Below, in pieces: positions 9,557-17,934 of a stretch of DNA of 64,000 nt; within the stretch, counting starts at the first letter, position 1; every line of letters begins with the position of its first letter. This DNA is from Microgenomates group bacterium. Its GTDB lineage: Bacteria; Patescibacteriota; Microgenomatia; Daviesbacterales; UBA10151. The notes beneath the pieces were generated by a model. It worked only from the letters and a program-made list of their open reading frames with translations, was not told the DNA's origin and ran no database searches. A program made the position numbers and the translations under genes. The stretch lies in NCBI GenBank assembly GCA_041659805.1, contig JBAZXP010000001.1, forward strand, positions 704,589 to 768,588. The letters run 5' to 3'.

Positions 9557-10354
9557 ATGAAAGGTATTGAACTTGCAACAGGAGAAATTAATTCAGAAAC
9601 AAAAACCTTAGAAAAAGGGCTTCATTTTCATGGTTTTAGCTATGTTCCAGAAGAAAGAATAGCTTCCAGTGAATGGGTTAGTTGTAGACTCAGTAAAACA
9701 CAGGGTTCTATTTTGGAAATTTTACTAAAAAGTCCTGGTAATTTTGTTGCCAGAAATAACATTCTTGAGCAGATGCATAAAACTGCTCCTGAGTTTACTG
9801 ATATTTCCAATGCGCTAAGAAGCCATGTTTTCAGGTTAAGAGGAAGAATTGAGGAGCTATATGGCTTAAAAGGTGATATTCATCAGGATATTCCCGTAAT
9901 CATTGAGTTTCATAAAAAGCTTGGCTATAGGATGGTAGAATCTGGGGAGTCAACAATTCCTGAGCATAGTGAAGGAATTTTCTCGTTTGTTGAACGCTCT
10001 GAAATCAAAAGTCCCTTGGTGGTAGTTTCAGGTTTGCTTCACGATTATGAAAAACAGGCTGCTTTTGTAGAATATGATAATAATGCTTTTGCCAAGGCAA
10101 AACTTGGCCCAACTTTAAATTTAATCCTGACCAAACTTATGGAGACACCTGAAAGTTATATATCTTACCAAAGTTTTTATGATAATGGATTTGAAACAAG
10201 AAAACAGTTAGGTGATCAAGTAAAATTACTTAGAAAAAGATTAATAGATTTATATATTTATGCAAAAAAAGACCCTTCAGAACTTCCTTTGCCAAAAGCT
10301 TCAAAAGAATATGGTCACACTTTAACCTTAAAGCATAAGCTTGGGAAAAAGTAA
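9557..10354 (+). CDS. tandem OmpR/PhoB-type winged-helix protein without receiver domain
   Basis: two repeats of L(S/G)xT..IL..L..P...V..LR.R...(Y/L)G(Y/H). Confidence 0.65.
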   Translation: MKGIELATGEINSETKTLEKGLHFHGFSYVPEERIASSEWVSCRLSKTQGSILEILLKSPGNFVARNNILEQMHKTAPEFTDISNALRSHVFRLRGRIEELYGLKGDIHQDIPVIIEFHKKLGYRMVESGESTIPEHSEGIFSFVERSEIKSPLVVVSGLLHDYEKQAAFVEYDNNAFAKAKLGPTLNLILTKLMETPESYISYQSFYDNGFETRKQLGDQVKLLRKRLIDLYIYAKKDPSELPLPKASKEYGHTLTLKHKLGKK

Positions 10355-10364
10355 TCCTGTTCGG

Positions 10365-10437
10365 GGTGATCGACGGGATTCGAACCCGCAACCACTGGTA
10401 CCACAAACCAGGGCTCTACCATTGAGCTACGACCACC
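10365..10437 (-). tRNA. tRNA-His(GTG)
   Basis: cloverleaf with G-1, anticodon loop TTGTGGT. Confidence 0.95.
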
Positions 10438-10465
10438 ATACTTCGTATTTTACCAGATTAATAAG

Positions 10466-10526
10466 AAAAAGGCTCCTTTCGGAGCCTTTTTCAAAAACAC
10501 ACTTAAAAACCAAAAGGTTAATAAGT
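10466..10526 (-). ncRNA. candidate small RNA (copy 2)
   Basis: promoter TTGACA-17-TATATT (10561-10533), hairpin ACTTATTAACC-TTTT-GGTTTTTAAGT, terminator AAAAAGGCTCCGAAAGGAGCCTTTTT. Confidence 0.6.
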
Positions 10527-10566
10527 AATTTAAATATATGACACTGATTTTTTTCTGTCAAGAATC

Positions 10567-12312
10567 TCAGTTAGAAAAGGGTAATAGCGACCACAAATCT
10601 CTTGGTTTAAATAATGCAGATACTATGTCTGGTTCCAAAACGCCAAAATATAAGATATTTTCCCCGGGTTTAACATTTACCCTGATAGTTTTGGGTTTAT
10701 AAAAAGGTTTGTGCAGGGTGAAGTCGAATGCATAATCCGGTAACAGATATCTGGCTTCGATTTTAGTAGATATACCAGTGTTATCCAACCTTACCCCACT
10801 AGAATTTTCTATAGCATCAGAGGAAATAGTTAGAATATAGTCACCTGAAAAATCATTCTTCCACTGCAAGGCGGATTTTATAATTAATTGAACTGGTGAT
10901 TTAATTGTTGTTGCAAAAACTAAAGGAGATGAATCAAACTCTCTGTCTTTATTAAAAAGCTGCAGGGATATGTTATATGTTCCACTTTCAGGTGTCTTTA
11001 GTTTTAAAGTGAAGGTAGCAGTTTGTCCTGGCTCAATTTTTTGATCCGGTTTTAGTTTAATTGTTTCGATTTGTAACTCACTGCCACCCCGGGTAGCTTT
11101 TAGTTCAATATCTCCATCATTCCAAATGCTTTGCCCGGTATTTTTAAAGGTAAGAAAAATATTGTAACTTTCGTTTGAGACAAGCGAGGTATATATTTCA
11201 CCTTTTGTGAGCTCTGCCTTGTTTTCAATTATTGGTTTACCACTTGTTTTGGGAATATCAATCAAAGAACCATAACAGGCGTAATAATTAGGATCAGAAG
11301 AGGTTGAAACACCTAAAATCTTTATGTTTTGTTTTTCTCCTGTGATTTTTTTAAAGGAGAAATGATCAAAAGGAGCTTCCTGATAATTTAATAAGAATGG
11401 GGTAACCGCAATAATTCTATTACTATTCCAAGCAGTACTAAAAGCAGTTTTATAATAATCTCCAATTTTTTCAGCACTCGGTAAGGACTTATCATGATAT
11501 AGTCCTTCTGCGTGTTTCCAGCCTGTTTCAGTGATAAATACTGGTAAGTTTTTAGTTGTAAATCTTTGAAGTAATAAGGATTCCCAAATCCATGTACGGA
11601 CTGAAATTCTTCCATTGTTATTAGGAGATCCTACAAATCCGGGGTTTGGATACGAATGTGATGCCCAGCCATCCAGTTTATTTAAAATACCAGGAACTTC
11701 CTCTTCCATTTGAGTTAAAAATACTTCTTCGTCCATATATTTAGGAGTTTTTTGTGGGGCTGAGGCATCAAGTCCGGCGTTTATAACAAAAAAATCAGGG
11801 TTTTTATTCTTTAAAGCAGCAATTGTTTTATCTAAAACTCTGGCATAAGATTTCGGATCAACAGTCCCACCCCATTCTTGACCCTGATTTGGTTCATTAT
11901 AAACAAGGATATAACGGTTCTTCGTAGGCCAATTCAAACTATCCAAAAAATCAGCCCAGGCAATTTCTTCTCCATCATAAGGTCTTTTCCAATAATCTTT
12001 TTCAGGTTCTGTTGCCAGTCTTACAATGGGAATCAAATGCTTCCTTCTTAAATCATCAAAAAAAGCCTGCCATTTATTATGATCCCTACTTTTACTTTCT
12101 ATTAAGATTGTTATATAGCCCCAATCACCGCCATTAGAATTAACAAGGGAAGCTGCAGGAGATGATTCATCAACAGTCGGAGAAATCATATGAATACCAA
12201 ATTTATTGTTTGGGGATAATAGGGGATCTACTATTGCCTTAGCAGGGTTAGCAGATACAGCATTGATAATAAATAAGAAAATAAATACCAGAATATATTT
12301 GAAGAATTTCAT
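10567..12312 (-). CDS. secreted GH-A clan glycoside hydrolase-like protein with C-terminal Ig-like domain
   Basis: signal peptide, YNEPN, HSYPNP, PVFITETGW; FKNTGQSIW...IEPGQTATF. Confidence 0.7.
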   Translation of the reverse strand: MKFFKYILVFIFLFIINAVSANPAKAIVDPLLSPNNKFGIHMISPTVDESSPAASLVNSNGGDWGYITILIESKSRDHNKWQAFFDDLRRKHLIPIVRLATEPEKDYWKRPYDGEEIAWADFLDSLNWPTKNRYILVYNEPNQGQEWGGTVDPKSYARVLDKTIAALKNKNPDFFVINAGLDASAPQKTPKYMDEEVFLTQMEEEVPGILNKLDGWASHSYPNPGFVGSPNNNGRISVRTWIWESLLLQRFTTKNLPVFITETGWKHAEGLYHDKSLPSAEKIGDYYKTAFSTAWNSNRIIAVTPFLLNYQEAPFDHFSFKKITGEKQNIKILGVSTSSDPNYYACYGSLIDIPKTSGKPIIENKAELTKGEIYTSLVSNESYNIFLTFKNTGQSIWNDGDIELKATRGGSELQIETIKLKPDQKIEPGQTATFTLKLKTPESGTYNISLQLFNKDREFDSSPLVFATTIKSPVQLIIKSALQWKNDFSGDYILTISSDAIENSSGVRLDNTGISTKIEARYLLPDYAFDFTLHKPFYKPKTIRVNVKPGENILYFGVLEPDIVSALFKPRDLWSLLPFSN

Positions 12313-12334
12313 GAGGGGTATATTTTAACACTTA

Positions 12335-13588
12335 TCAGGTAATGATTTCTTCTAAAGCTTTAATTCCACCAAAAGAGATTCTGTCAGGCATGATATTTCC
12401 TGTTCCCAGCATAGTTGCAGGAGTAATTATAAAATCTCCCCATTTTTCATTGATGCAATCTACAGCCTTAACAAGACTTTCTTTCACAATTAAATCTTCT
12501 AGCAAACTTATTTGGGTATTAGTATTTTTTTCTAAATTAAAAACTGATACAGCCAGTGAGCGCACAGGTTTTTGAAAAGGGCATTTTAAAAGCAATCTAA
12601 AAATTCTTTTGTATATATCTTTGGAATCAAATAAAAAATCAGCAAAACTTACCCCCTGATGCCAGTAGGTAAAATCACGATAGACTATAGATAAATGTAC
12701 ACCCCGGCACTTATATCCTGCTTTTCTCAACCTAAAGCCTGTTTTTTCCACCAGCTTTTGTAACAAAGGAGCCAGTTCTTCTGAAGTAATAAATGGTTTT
12801 GGTAGGGCAAAAGAATTCCCATAACTGCCGCGTTTAATAGTAACATCATCAATTTCCCAACCATGTAATCTTAAAAACCAATAATACCCAGTGATTGATT
12901 TAAAAGCAGCTTTTAATTTCCAGATAGGGGAGTCATAAAAATCTAAAACAGTAAAAATTCCCATATTATTTAACCTGACAGTATTTCTGGTTTTGATCCC
13001 ACAAAGATCCATCAATCCCAAATTTTGATAAATTTTCAGGTAGCTATTGCAATCTATTACGTCAAGTCCATCTGGTTTATGTAATCCTGCTGCAGTTTTA
13101 GCCAAAAAGCGGTTAGGAGCAATTCCCACAGAGATTGTTAACCATTCACCAATTTCAGTCTTTATTCTTTGTTTTATTTCTATTGCTACCTCTGTAATAC
13201 CCTTTTTAAGGGCTAGAGAGTCCTTCAAATCAAGCACAAATTCATCTATAGACTTTGGGATCACATCACTGCTATAGCCTTCTAAAATAGCTCTAAACTT
13301 GAGGTGAATATTTCTATATTTATTAGGATCAGGGGATAAAACAATTAAGTTTGGACAAAGTATTTTGGCGTCTCTAACTTTAAACCCCACTTTAATTCCC
13401 AATTTTTTAGCTTCTATAGATGGGGCAAGAATACAACCTGAAGGGGAGTTGTAAGCAGCTACAGCAATTGGTTTACCTCTAAGTCTAGGATTAGCTTGTT
13501 GCTCAATGGTAGCAAAACAGGAATTTAGATCCAGATGCATTAAAGTAGGTTTTTTGGGGTTAAAAGGCAAATTAATTACATTCGCCAT
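12335..13588 (-). CDS. dinB: DNA polymerase IV (Y family)
   Basis: MHLDLNSCFATIEQ, SIEAKKLG, SIDE, SVGIAPNRFLAK, KPDGL. Confidence 0.93.
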   Translation of the reverse strand: MANVINLPFNPKKPTLMHLDLNSCFATIEQQANPRLRGKPIAVAAYNSPSGCILAPSIEAKKLGIKVGFKVRDAKILCPNLIVLSPDPNKYRNIHLKFRAILEGYSSDVIPKSIDEFVLDLKDSLALKKGITEVAIEIKQRIKTEIGEWLTISVGIAPNRFLAKTAAGLHKPDGLDVIDCNSYLKIYQNLGLMDLCGIKTRNTVRLNNMGIFTVLDFYDSPIWKLKAAFKSITGYYWFLRLHGWEIDDVTIKRGSYGNSFALPKPFITSEELAPLLQKLVEKTGFRLRKAGYKCRGVHLSIVYRDFTYWHQGVSFADFLFDSKDIYKRIFRLLLKCPFQKPVRSLAVSVFNLEKNTNTQISLLEDLIVKESLVKAVDCINEKWGDFIITPATMLGTGNIMPDRISFGGIKALEEIIT

Positions 13589-13832
13589 CAGCTATTTCCT
13601 CAACACTCCAGTGCAGATTGTCCGTATTCATCACTAACCTAAAAAATAGGGTAGGGGTATCAACAGAAAAAACATGGTATAAAGTTTTGCCTAAACGGTA
13701 GGTATGATGTAAACCAATTTTAGTAACCTGATAATTTTTTCCCTCCCATAAAATATATTTAGGGTAGACAGAACGCCTTTTGTGATCATAAATTAAATTA
13801 ACAGAAATAGGGGCATCAATCTTTTGAATCAT
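13572..13832 (-). CDS. small beta-rich protein coupled to dinB (DUF6504-like)
   Basis: overlaps dinB start; P..ILWEGKNYQV...FSV...FRLVMN...W. Confidence 0.6.
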   Translation of the reverse strand: MIQKIDAPISVNLIYDHKRRSVYPKYILWEGKNYQVTKIGLHHTYRLGKTLYHVFSVDTPTLFFRLVMNTDNLHWSVEEIADGECN

Positions 13833-13849
13833 GGATTTTAAGACTACAC

Positions 13850-13865
13850 CCAAAGAATACCCGAA
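13850..13865 (-). promoter_or_regulatory. direct-repeat operator TTCGG-N6-TTTGG in the dinB operon promoter (candidate LexA box)
   Basis: overlaps/follows TTGACT (13870-13865), upstream of TAGTCT (13846-13841). Confidence 0.55.
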
Positions 13866-13916
13866 GTCAATATCTTAATTTCCAGTTGGGGTTATTTTTG
13901 GTATAATTCACAAAGC

Positions 13917-13992
13917 GCGGGTGTAATTCACCGGTTAGAATGTCACTTTTCCAAAGTGAACGCAAGGGGTTCGACTCCCCTCACCCGCTCCA
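13917..13992 (+). tRNA. tRNA-Gly(TCC)
   Basis: GCGGGTG...TCACT-TTTCCAA-AGTGA...GGTTCGACTCC...CACCCGCTCCA. Confidence 0.95.
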
Positions 13993-14111
13993 GATTGATA
14001 GTTTTGAAAATTTAGCTTCAGGTATCTCATAATTTAAGTATCATCCCGTCTCCTCACTCCAAAGGAGGCAAGTATATTACTTATAATATTGAGTATTTCT
14101 AACCTGTTTAA

Positions 14112-14711
14112 TTATGGTATTGATATTGAGGTTTTTTGAATTAATATAGAATATAAAATAAGCCCTCCGACTAATAAACTCGCTAACCCACGCAAAATAT
14201 GCCAAATATTTGTCGCAGCTGTTATTTTAGTAGTAGTGCCTGAAAGTGAATTAACAAGTTTTATAGACCAACCTCTTAATTGGGGATGTATAGAAATTAC
14301 CCCTTGTATTAATAAATAAATGCCAAAGATCAAAAAATATGGGTTTAGATTGCTTTTTGCAACATTAAGCTCTCTTTCCTTTATTTGAGGTGAACTCAAA
14401 GGCGGAAAAAATAAGTTGTTTAGCATGATTGGCAGATTCAAAATATCATTTTTCTCGAAATAAAAACTAATTGTGAAATAAATCATATATAAAGCGACAA
14501 CTACGAAAGCAATACCAAAAAATTTATCCTGCAGATATATATAATATTCGGTTTTCTTACTAATTTTTGTTTCCCTTCCTTTTAGCGCATTCAGCGATTT
14601 CATAAGCGGAAGCCAGTCTATCTTCTTGCCAAACAATAAGGCTACACCTGCTGTAAAAAGAAGTACCCATAATACTAGGAGCGCTATAGTAGCTACATTT
14701 TTTATATCCAT
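14112..14711 (-). CDS. membrane protein with internal duplication
   Basis: 4 TM segments; W..MKSLNALKGRETKISKKT vs W..KLVNSLSGTTTKITAAT; start could be 14783. Confidence 0.65.
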   Translation of the reverse strand: MDIKNVATIALLVLWVLLFTAGVALLFGKKIDWLPLMKSLNALKGRETKISKKTEYYIYLQDKFFGIAFVVVALYMIYFTISFYFEKNDILNLPIMLNNLFFPPLSSPQIKERELNVAKSNLNPYFLIFGIYLLIQGVISIHPQLRGWSIKLVNSLSGTTTKITAATNIWHILRGLASLLVGGLILYSILIQKTSISIP

Positions 14712-14811
14712 TCTTAAATTTAGAATATCACGTACATAAATACTACGCAACAAATTATGTATCTGCCCACCCTCATTAACCATCGAGCATCGACCTATTT
14801 TTCACTATTAT

Positions 14812-14897
14812 TAAACTTGATACGTTTCCATTAAGTTGCTAAAATGAGATAGTATTTGAGGTAGAAAGAGTTCGGAATAACTTGCATCTCCCGCTCA
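14812..14897 (-). repeat. att junction C with recombinase-tail frame
   Basis: AGDASYSELFLPQILSHFSNLMETYQV* read from tRNA-end copy cccgctca. Confidence 0.75.
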
Positions 14898-14949
14898 TAG
14901 TCTCGTCCTTTTTGTATTGCAAAAAGAGACGGACTCATTAAAACAATAA

Positions 14950-15219
14950 ATGTATACTGTGTATGTTCTAAAGAGCTTAACAGATGGAAGAACATATGTT
15001 GGTTGTACAAAAGATCTAGAAAACAGAATTAAAGAACATAACTCAGGAGAGGTAAAATCTACAAAAGCAAGAACTCCATTTATTCTTTGGTATAAAGAAG
15101 ACTTTGTAGATAAATATGAAGCTTTTAACCGTGAGCAACGCTTTAAAACATCATGGGGAAGAAGACAATTAAGAAAGATTTTAGAACCACTAATTCAGGA
15201 TCAAAAGGGTTTGATGTAA
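14950..15219 (+). CDS. GIY-YIG nuclease family protein
   Basis: YTVYVLKS...TYVGCT..LENRIKEHN...TK...A..RE..FK; imperfect hairpin at 14899-14935. Confidence 0.9.
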   Translation: MYTVYVLKSLTDGRTYVGCTKDLENRIKEHNSGEVKSTKARTPFILWYKEDFVDKYEAFNREQRFKTSWGRRQLRKILEPLIQDQKGLM

Positions 15220-15249
15220 AATCTTGCAATCTCAGTTATTTAATCTAAA

Positions 15250-15870
15250 CTAATCTCTTATATTACCTGATTTAATAGAAAGAGGTCGAGTTGTAGGTGG
15301 ATGAATCACTGTTAATCGTTCATCAGGAAGTAAAGGATTAGTTTTTATTGCTTCAGCAACCTTCCTCCAAATTCCTTTTGGAGCTTCACCAGTGTTATAA
15401 AAGAACCAACTTCTATTAACTACTGCATTACCTTGTGAGTCCCAAGTTGTGTACCTATAATCAGAAGATTGCTTTCCGTCGGCGAACAGTGAATATGAAA
15501 TAATTGTACCCCTTGCTGGTACTGGTCTGCCTGCAAGCAAAATGCCCTCAATTGTAAGTACTGGTCCTTTTGACCAGTTGTTTTCAATTGGCAGTTTTGC
15601 CAATACGATAACCTTTCCTTCTCCAAATTTTACGGTAGGAGCTTTGTACCAATGAAAATTTAACTGATTTAAACCAATATTTTCATGTTCAACAAGTAAA
15701 AAATTAGGAGAGTGGATAGATCGACTGACAATATATGGAAATACACCAAAATCAGGTAAAGGGTAGGGGGTTCCATCTTTTGTTGGTTCCCCTAAAAGCT
15801 GCAAAATCTCCTTATAATAACCTTGAAGTGCCTGTTGCTCTTGAGTAATAGATATTTCACTTCTAGCCAT
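15250..15870 (-). CDS. hypothetical protein (cassette cargo)
   Basis: ORF with TTGACC-17-TAAACT promoter 7 nt before ATG 15870; alternative TTG start 15906. Confidence 0.65.
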   Translation of the reverse strand: MARSEISITQEQQALQGYYKEILQLLGEPTKDGTPYPLPDFGVFPYIVSRSIHSPNFLLVEHENIGLNQLNFHWYKAPTVKFGEGKVIVLAKLPIENNWSKGPVLTIEGILLAGRPVPARGTIISYSLFADGKQSSDYRYTTWDSQGNAVVNRSWFFYNTGEAPKGIWRKVAEAIKTNPLLPDERLTVIHPPTTRPLSIKSGNIRD

Positions 15871-15902
15871 GCCTGGAAGTTTACTACAAGATTGTTTATT
15901 GG

Positions 15903-16007
15903 TCAATTTACATCCTCATTGCTGTAAACGTTCATAAGCTTAGTAAAGTGAATTACGGCATAATCTGCCAGGCAAAAGGGTTTGAACCAATTTGCATCAT
16001 CCGCTCA
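15903..16007 (-). repeat. att junction A with recombinase-tail frame
   Basis: ADDANWFKPFCLADYAVIHFTKLMNVYSNEDVN*; ~80-bp direct repeat with 17127-17207. Confidence 0.85.
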
Positions 16008-16019
16008 GATTTTTAACAG

Positions 16020-17096
16020 CTAAAGCTGACTGGCAGTTTTAGCATTAAGGTCTACTATATATACACCACCAGTGTGAGAGCAACCAACATAAACTATATT
16101 GATAGATGAGAAAATATTATCTTGAGCCCTGTAAGCAACTGGGTACACGCATTCCCATAATCCACTTGAGTTTGTAGGATATTTCCAATTTACAACAGAA
16201 ATCACATTACTATTTGTATCTACCAGAGCAATATAATTGCTCCCATCTTTTGTTCCTGTAATCAAAGTTTTACCTATCTCTGTTCGGCAAAATTCTGATA
16301 CATAAAAATCCTTGCTTAGCTTATCCATTAACTCTTTTGATTTTGAATCTGTAGGCAGATTAGGATTCCAATAACAACTGATTCCCACTAATTGGGCTTC
16401 AGGAAAGCCTGATAGTTTTCTATCATAATTTGCCCAGTTGCTTGGTCCAGTTTGCATATCCCGAATCTTAAGAAATGGCGGGACAGTAGGAGATGGCGTA
16501 TTAGTTGGGGGTTTAGAAGGTGTAGATGTGTCAAAAGTCGGAACAGTACCTATAATTTTGGAAGGTTGAGGAGTTGCAGTAGCAGGCTTATATATTGTTG
16601 TTGGGTTTATTATTGGAGTAGGTACCTCTTTAATAAATTTTAAAGAACTAATAATTTGTTTAAAGTCAACAGAAGGCTGGGAATCTAAATTAGAAGATTT
16701 TATTTTTATTAGTCCTAATTTTTCCAGACTTTTAGGGTTAAATAATAAGTCGCTCCCTTCTTTACTTTTATAAAACTCATGAATTCCTATCTTAATCATC
16801 TCTTCTTGGTTTGAATCTGGTTTAACAGGGTCAGCTATAATTAGTGTGTCACAATCTTGATTACAGCTAGCTAACTTAAATGCCACAGCCTTTGTGAAAT
16901 AATCTTGCGCCGCAGAATATTTGGCTGGGTAATAAACATCATATTCTCCTCCTTGTAATGTAATAAAACGATATAAAGTATTACTTGAGTCTGTGCTACT
17001 AGATTTTTTTATAAAAGAATAAGTACCTGTAATCGTCACCAAAAGGAGAGTAAAAATCAAAAAAACATTTACGGGAATAAAACCTTTTTCTTTCAT
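16020..17096 (-). CDS. exported protein with pilin-like N-terminus and Pro/Thr-rich linker (cassette cargo)
   Basis: MKEKGF + hydrophobic helix; PTPIINPTT...TPSPTVPP. Confidence 0.7.
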   Translation of the reverse strand: MKEKGFIPVNVFLIFTLLLVTITGTYSFIKKSSSTDSSNTLYRFITLQGGEYDVYYPAKYSAAQDYFTKAVAFKLASCNQDCDTLIIADPVKPDSNQEEMIKIGIHEFYKSKEGSDLLFNPKSLEKLGLIKIKSSNLDSQPSVDFKQIISSLKFIKEVPTPIINPTTIYKPATATPQPSKIIGTVPTFDTSTPSKPPTNTPSPTVPPFLKIRDMQTGPSNWANYDRKLSGFPEAQLVGISCYWNPNLPTDSKSKELMDKLSKDFYVSEFCRTEIGKTLITGTKDGSNYIALVDTNSNVISVVNWKYPTNSSGLWECVYPVAYRAQDNIFSSINIVYVGCSHTGGVYIVDLNAKTASQL

Positions 17097-17204
17097 AAAT
17101 TTATAGTAGCATTTTCCAGATAAGCTTTCATTAGCTTAGTAAAATGAATAACAGTGTAATCTGCCAGGTAAAAGGGTTTAAACCAATTTGCATCATCCGC
17201 TCCA
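17093..17204 (-). repeat. att junction B with recombinase-tail frame
   Basis: GADDANWFKPFYLADYTVIHFTKLMKAYLENATINL*; stop overlaps ATG 17096 (ATGA). Confidence 0.85.
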
Positions 17205-17365
17205 GATGATGGTAAACCAAAATTCCTTTAGCTTTATATAACGCTCTAAACAGCATATACCATTTTATCTCAATGGTTCGTTTTTCATCTACAATGACCT
17301 TTTCAAAGAGAGATTGATTATAGTCCGTCTTTGTAAGTCGCTTTTTTATATAGTCTGTATTGCTC
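17205..17365 (-). pseudogene. frameshifted remnant of an LSR C-terminal region reading into att B
   Basis: YRLYKKATYKD / DYNQSLFEKVIVDEKRTIEIKWYMLFRALYKAK / NFGLPSSGA, same layout as the last ~50 aa before LGA of the intact LSR. Confidence 0.55.
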
Positions 17366-17408
17366 GCGGTGTGTTAAAATAAGCAATTAGTTGCAAGTAT
17401 TTTATAAT

Positions 17409-17843
17409 ATGTTAGTTGAAAATTTTGCTGAAAAATTCGCTACAGCTAGACCTTCTGATGAACTTGGAGTAATTCTCTCACAATCCTCCTATTTAGCTCA
17501 AAAACTTGGTAGTAGTTTCGTTACAACTGGACATTTACTACGGACTTTATTTGTATACCAAGACAAAGAAATAAAGTGGTTTTTAGGAGGTCAGAGATTT
17601 GATCATGGAAAATTTCTTCATCAAGTTGAAGAATCCTTACCTAAATCTGAACAACCTTTTGAAGGGGCGCTTAAATATAACGATCTGGCTGAAAAAACTT
17701 TAGAAAAAGCAATAACTATATGTAATAAGGAGGGAGCTAAAAGCCTTACTCCACTTCACCTTTTAAGAGGAATGTTAAATACTCATGAAGGTTCTGCTTG
17801 GGCAATACTCTATCAGAATGGTGTAAGAGACCTAAAGCTTTAA
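17409..17843 (+). CDS. stand-alone Clp N-terminal (Clp repeat) domain protein
   Basis: AQKLGSSFVTTGHLL and LEKA...LTPLHLLRGML...SAWAILYQNGV. Confidence 0.75.
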   Translation: MLVENFAEKFATARPSDELGVILSQSSYLAQKLGSSFVTTGHLLRTLFVYQDKEIKWFLGGQRFDHGKFLHQVEESLPKSEQPFEGALKYNDLAEKTLEKAITICNKEGAKSLTPLHLLRGMLNTHEGSAWAILYQNGVRDLKL

Positions 17844-17844
17844 A

Positions 17845-17920
17845 CAGGTATGAATTTAGGAGTGTCGTGATTTCTCTTTAGTAACGATCCACGCCGGAAT
17901 AATTTACCTCTCCCGCTCCA
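17845..17920 (-). repeat. att junction D (decayed tail frame)
   Basis: tcccgctcca 17911-17920; GAGEVNYSGVDRY*REITTLLNSY. Confidence 0.65.
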
Positions 17921-17934
17921 ATAGGAATCAGTCT

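Larger units (their letters stand above)
13993..17920. mobile_element. array of non-autonomous LSR-derived mini-islands at the tRNA-Gly 3' end
   Basis: tRNA-end copies CCGCTC(C)A ending 14897, 16007, 17204, 17920, weaker ones at ~14061 and ~15235; 0-1 gene per unit. Confidence 0.75.

Noticed and set aside
10341-10541. 66-aa ORF
   Set aside because: Antisense reading of tRNA-His and the candidate sRNA.
13993-17920. CRISPR array or classical integron
   Set aside because: Spacing is irregular and gene-sized; no cas or intI; junctions match the tRNA end, not attC.
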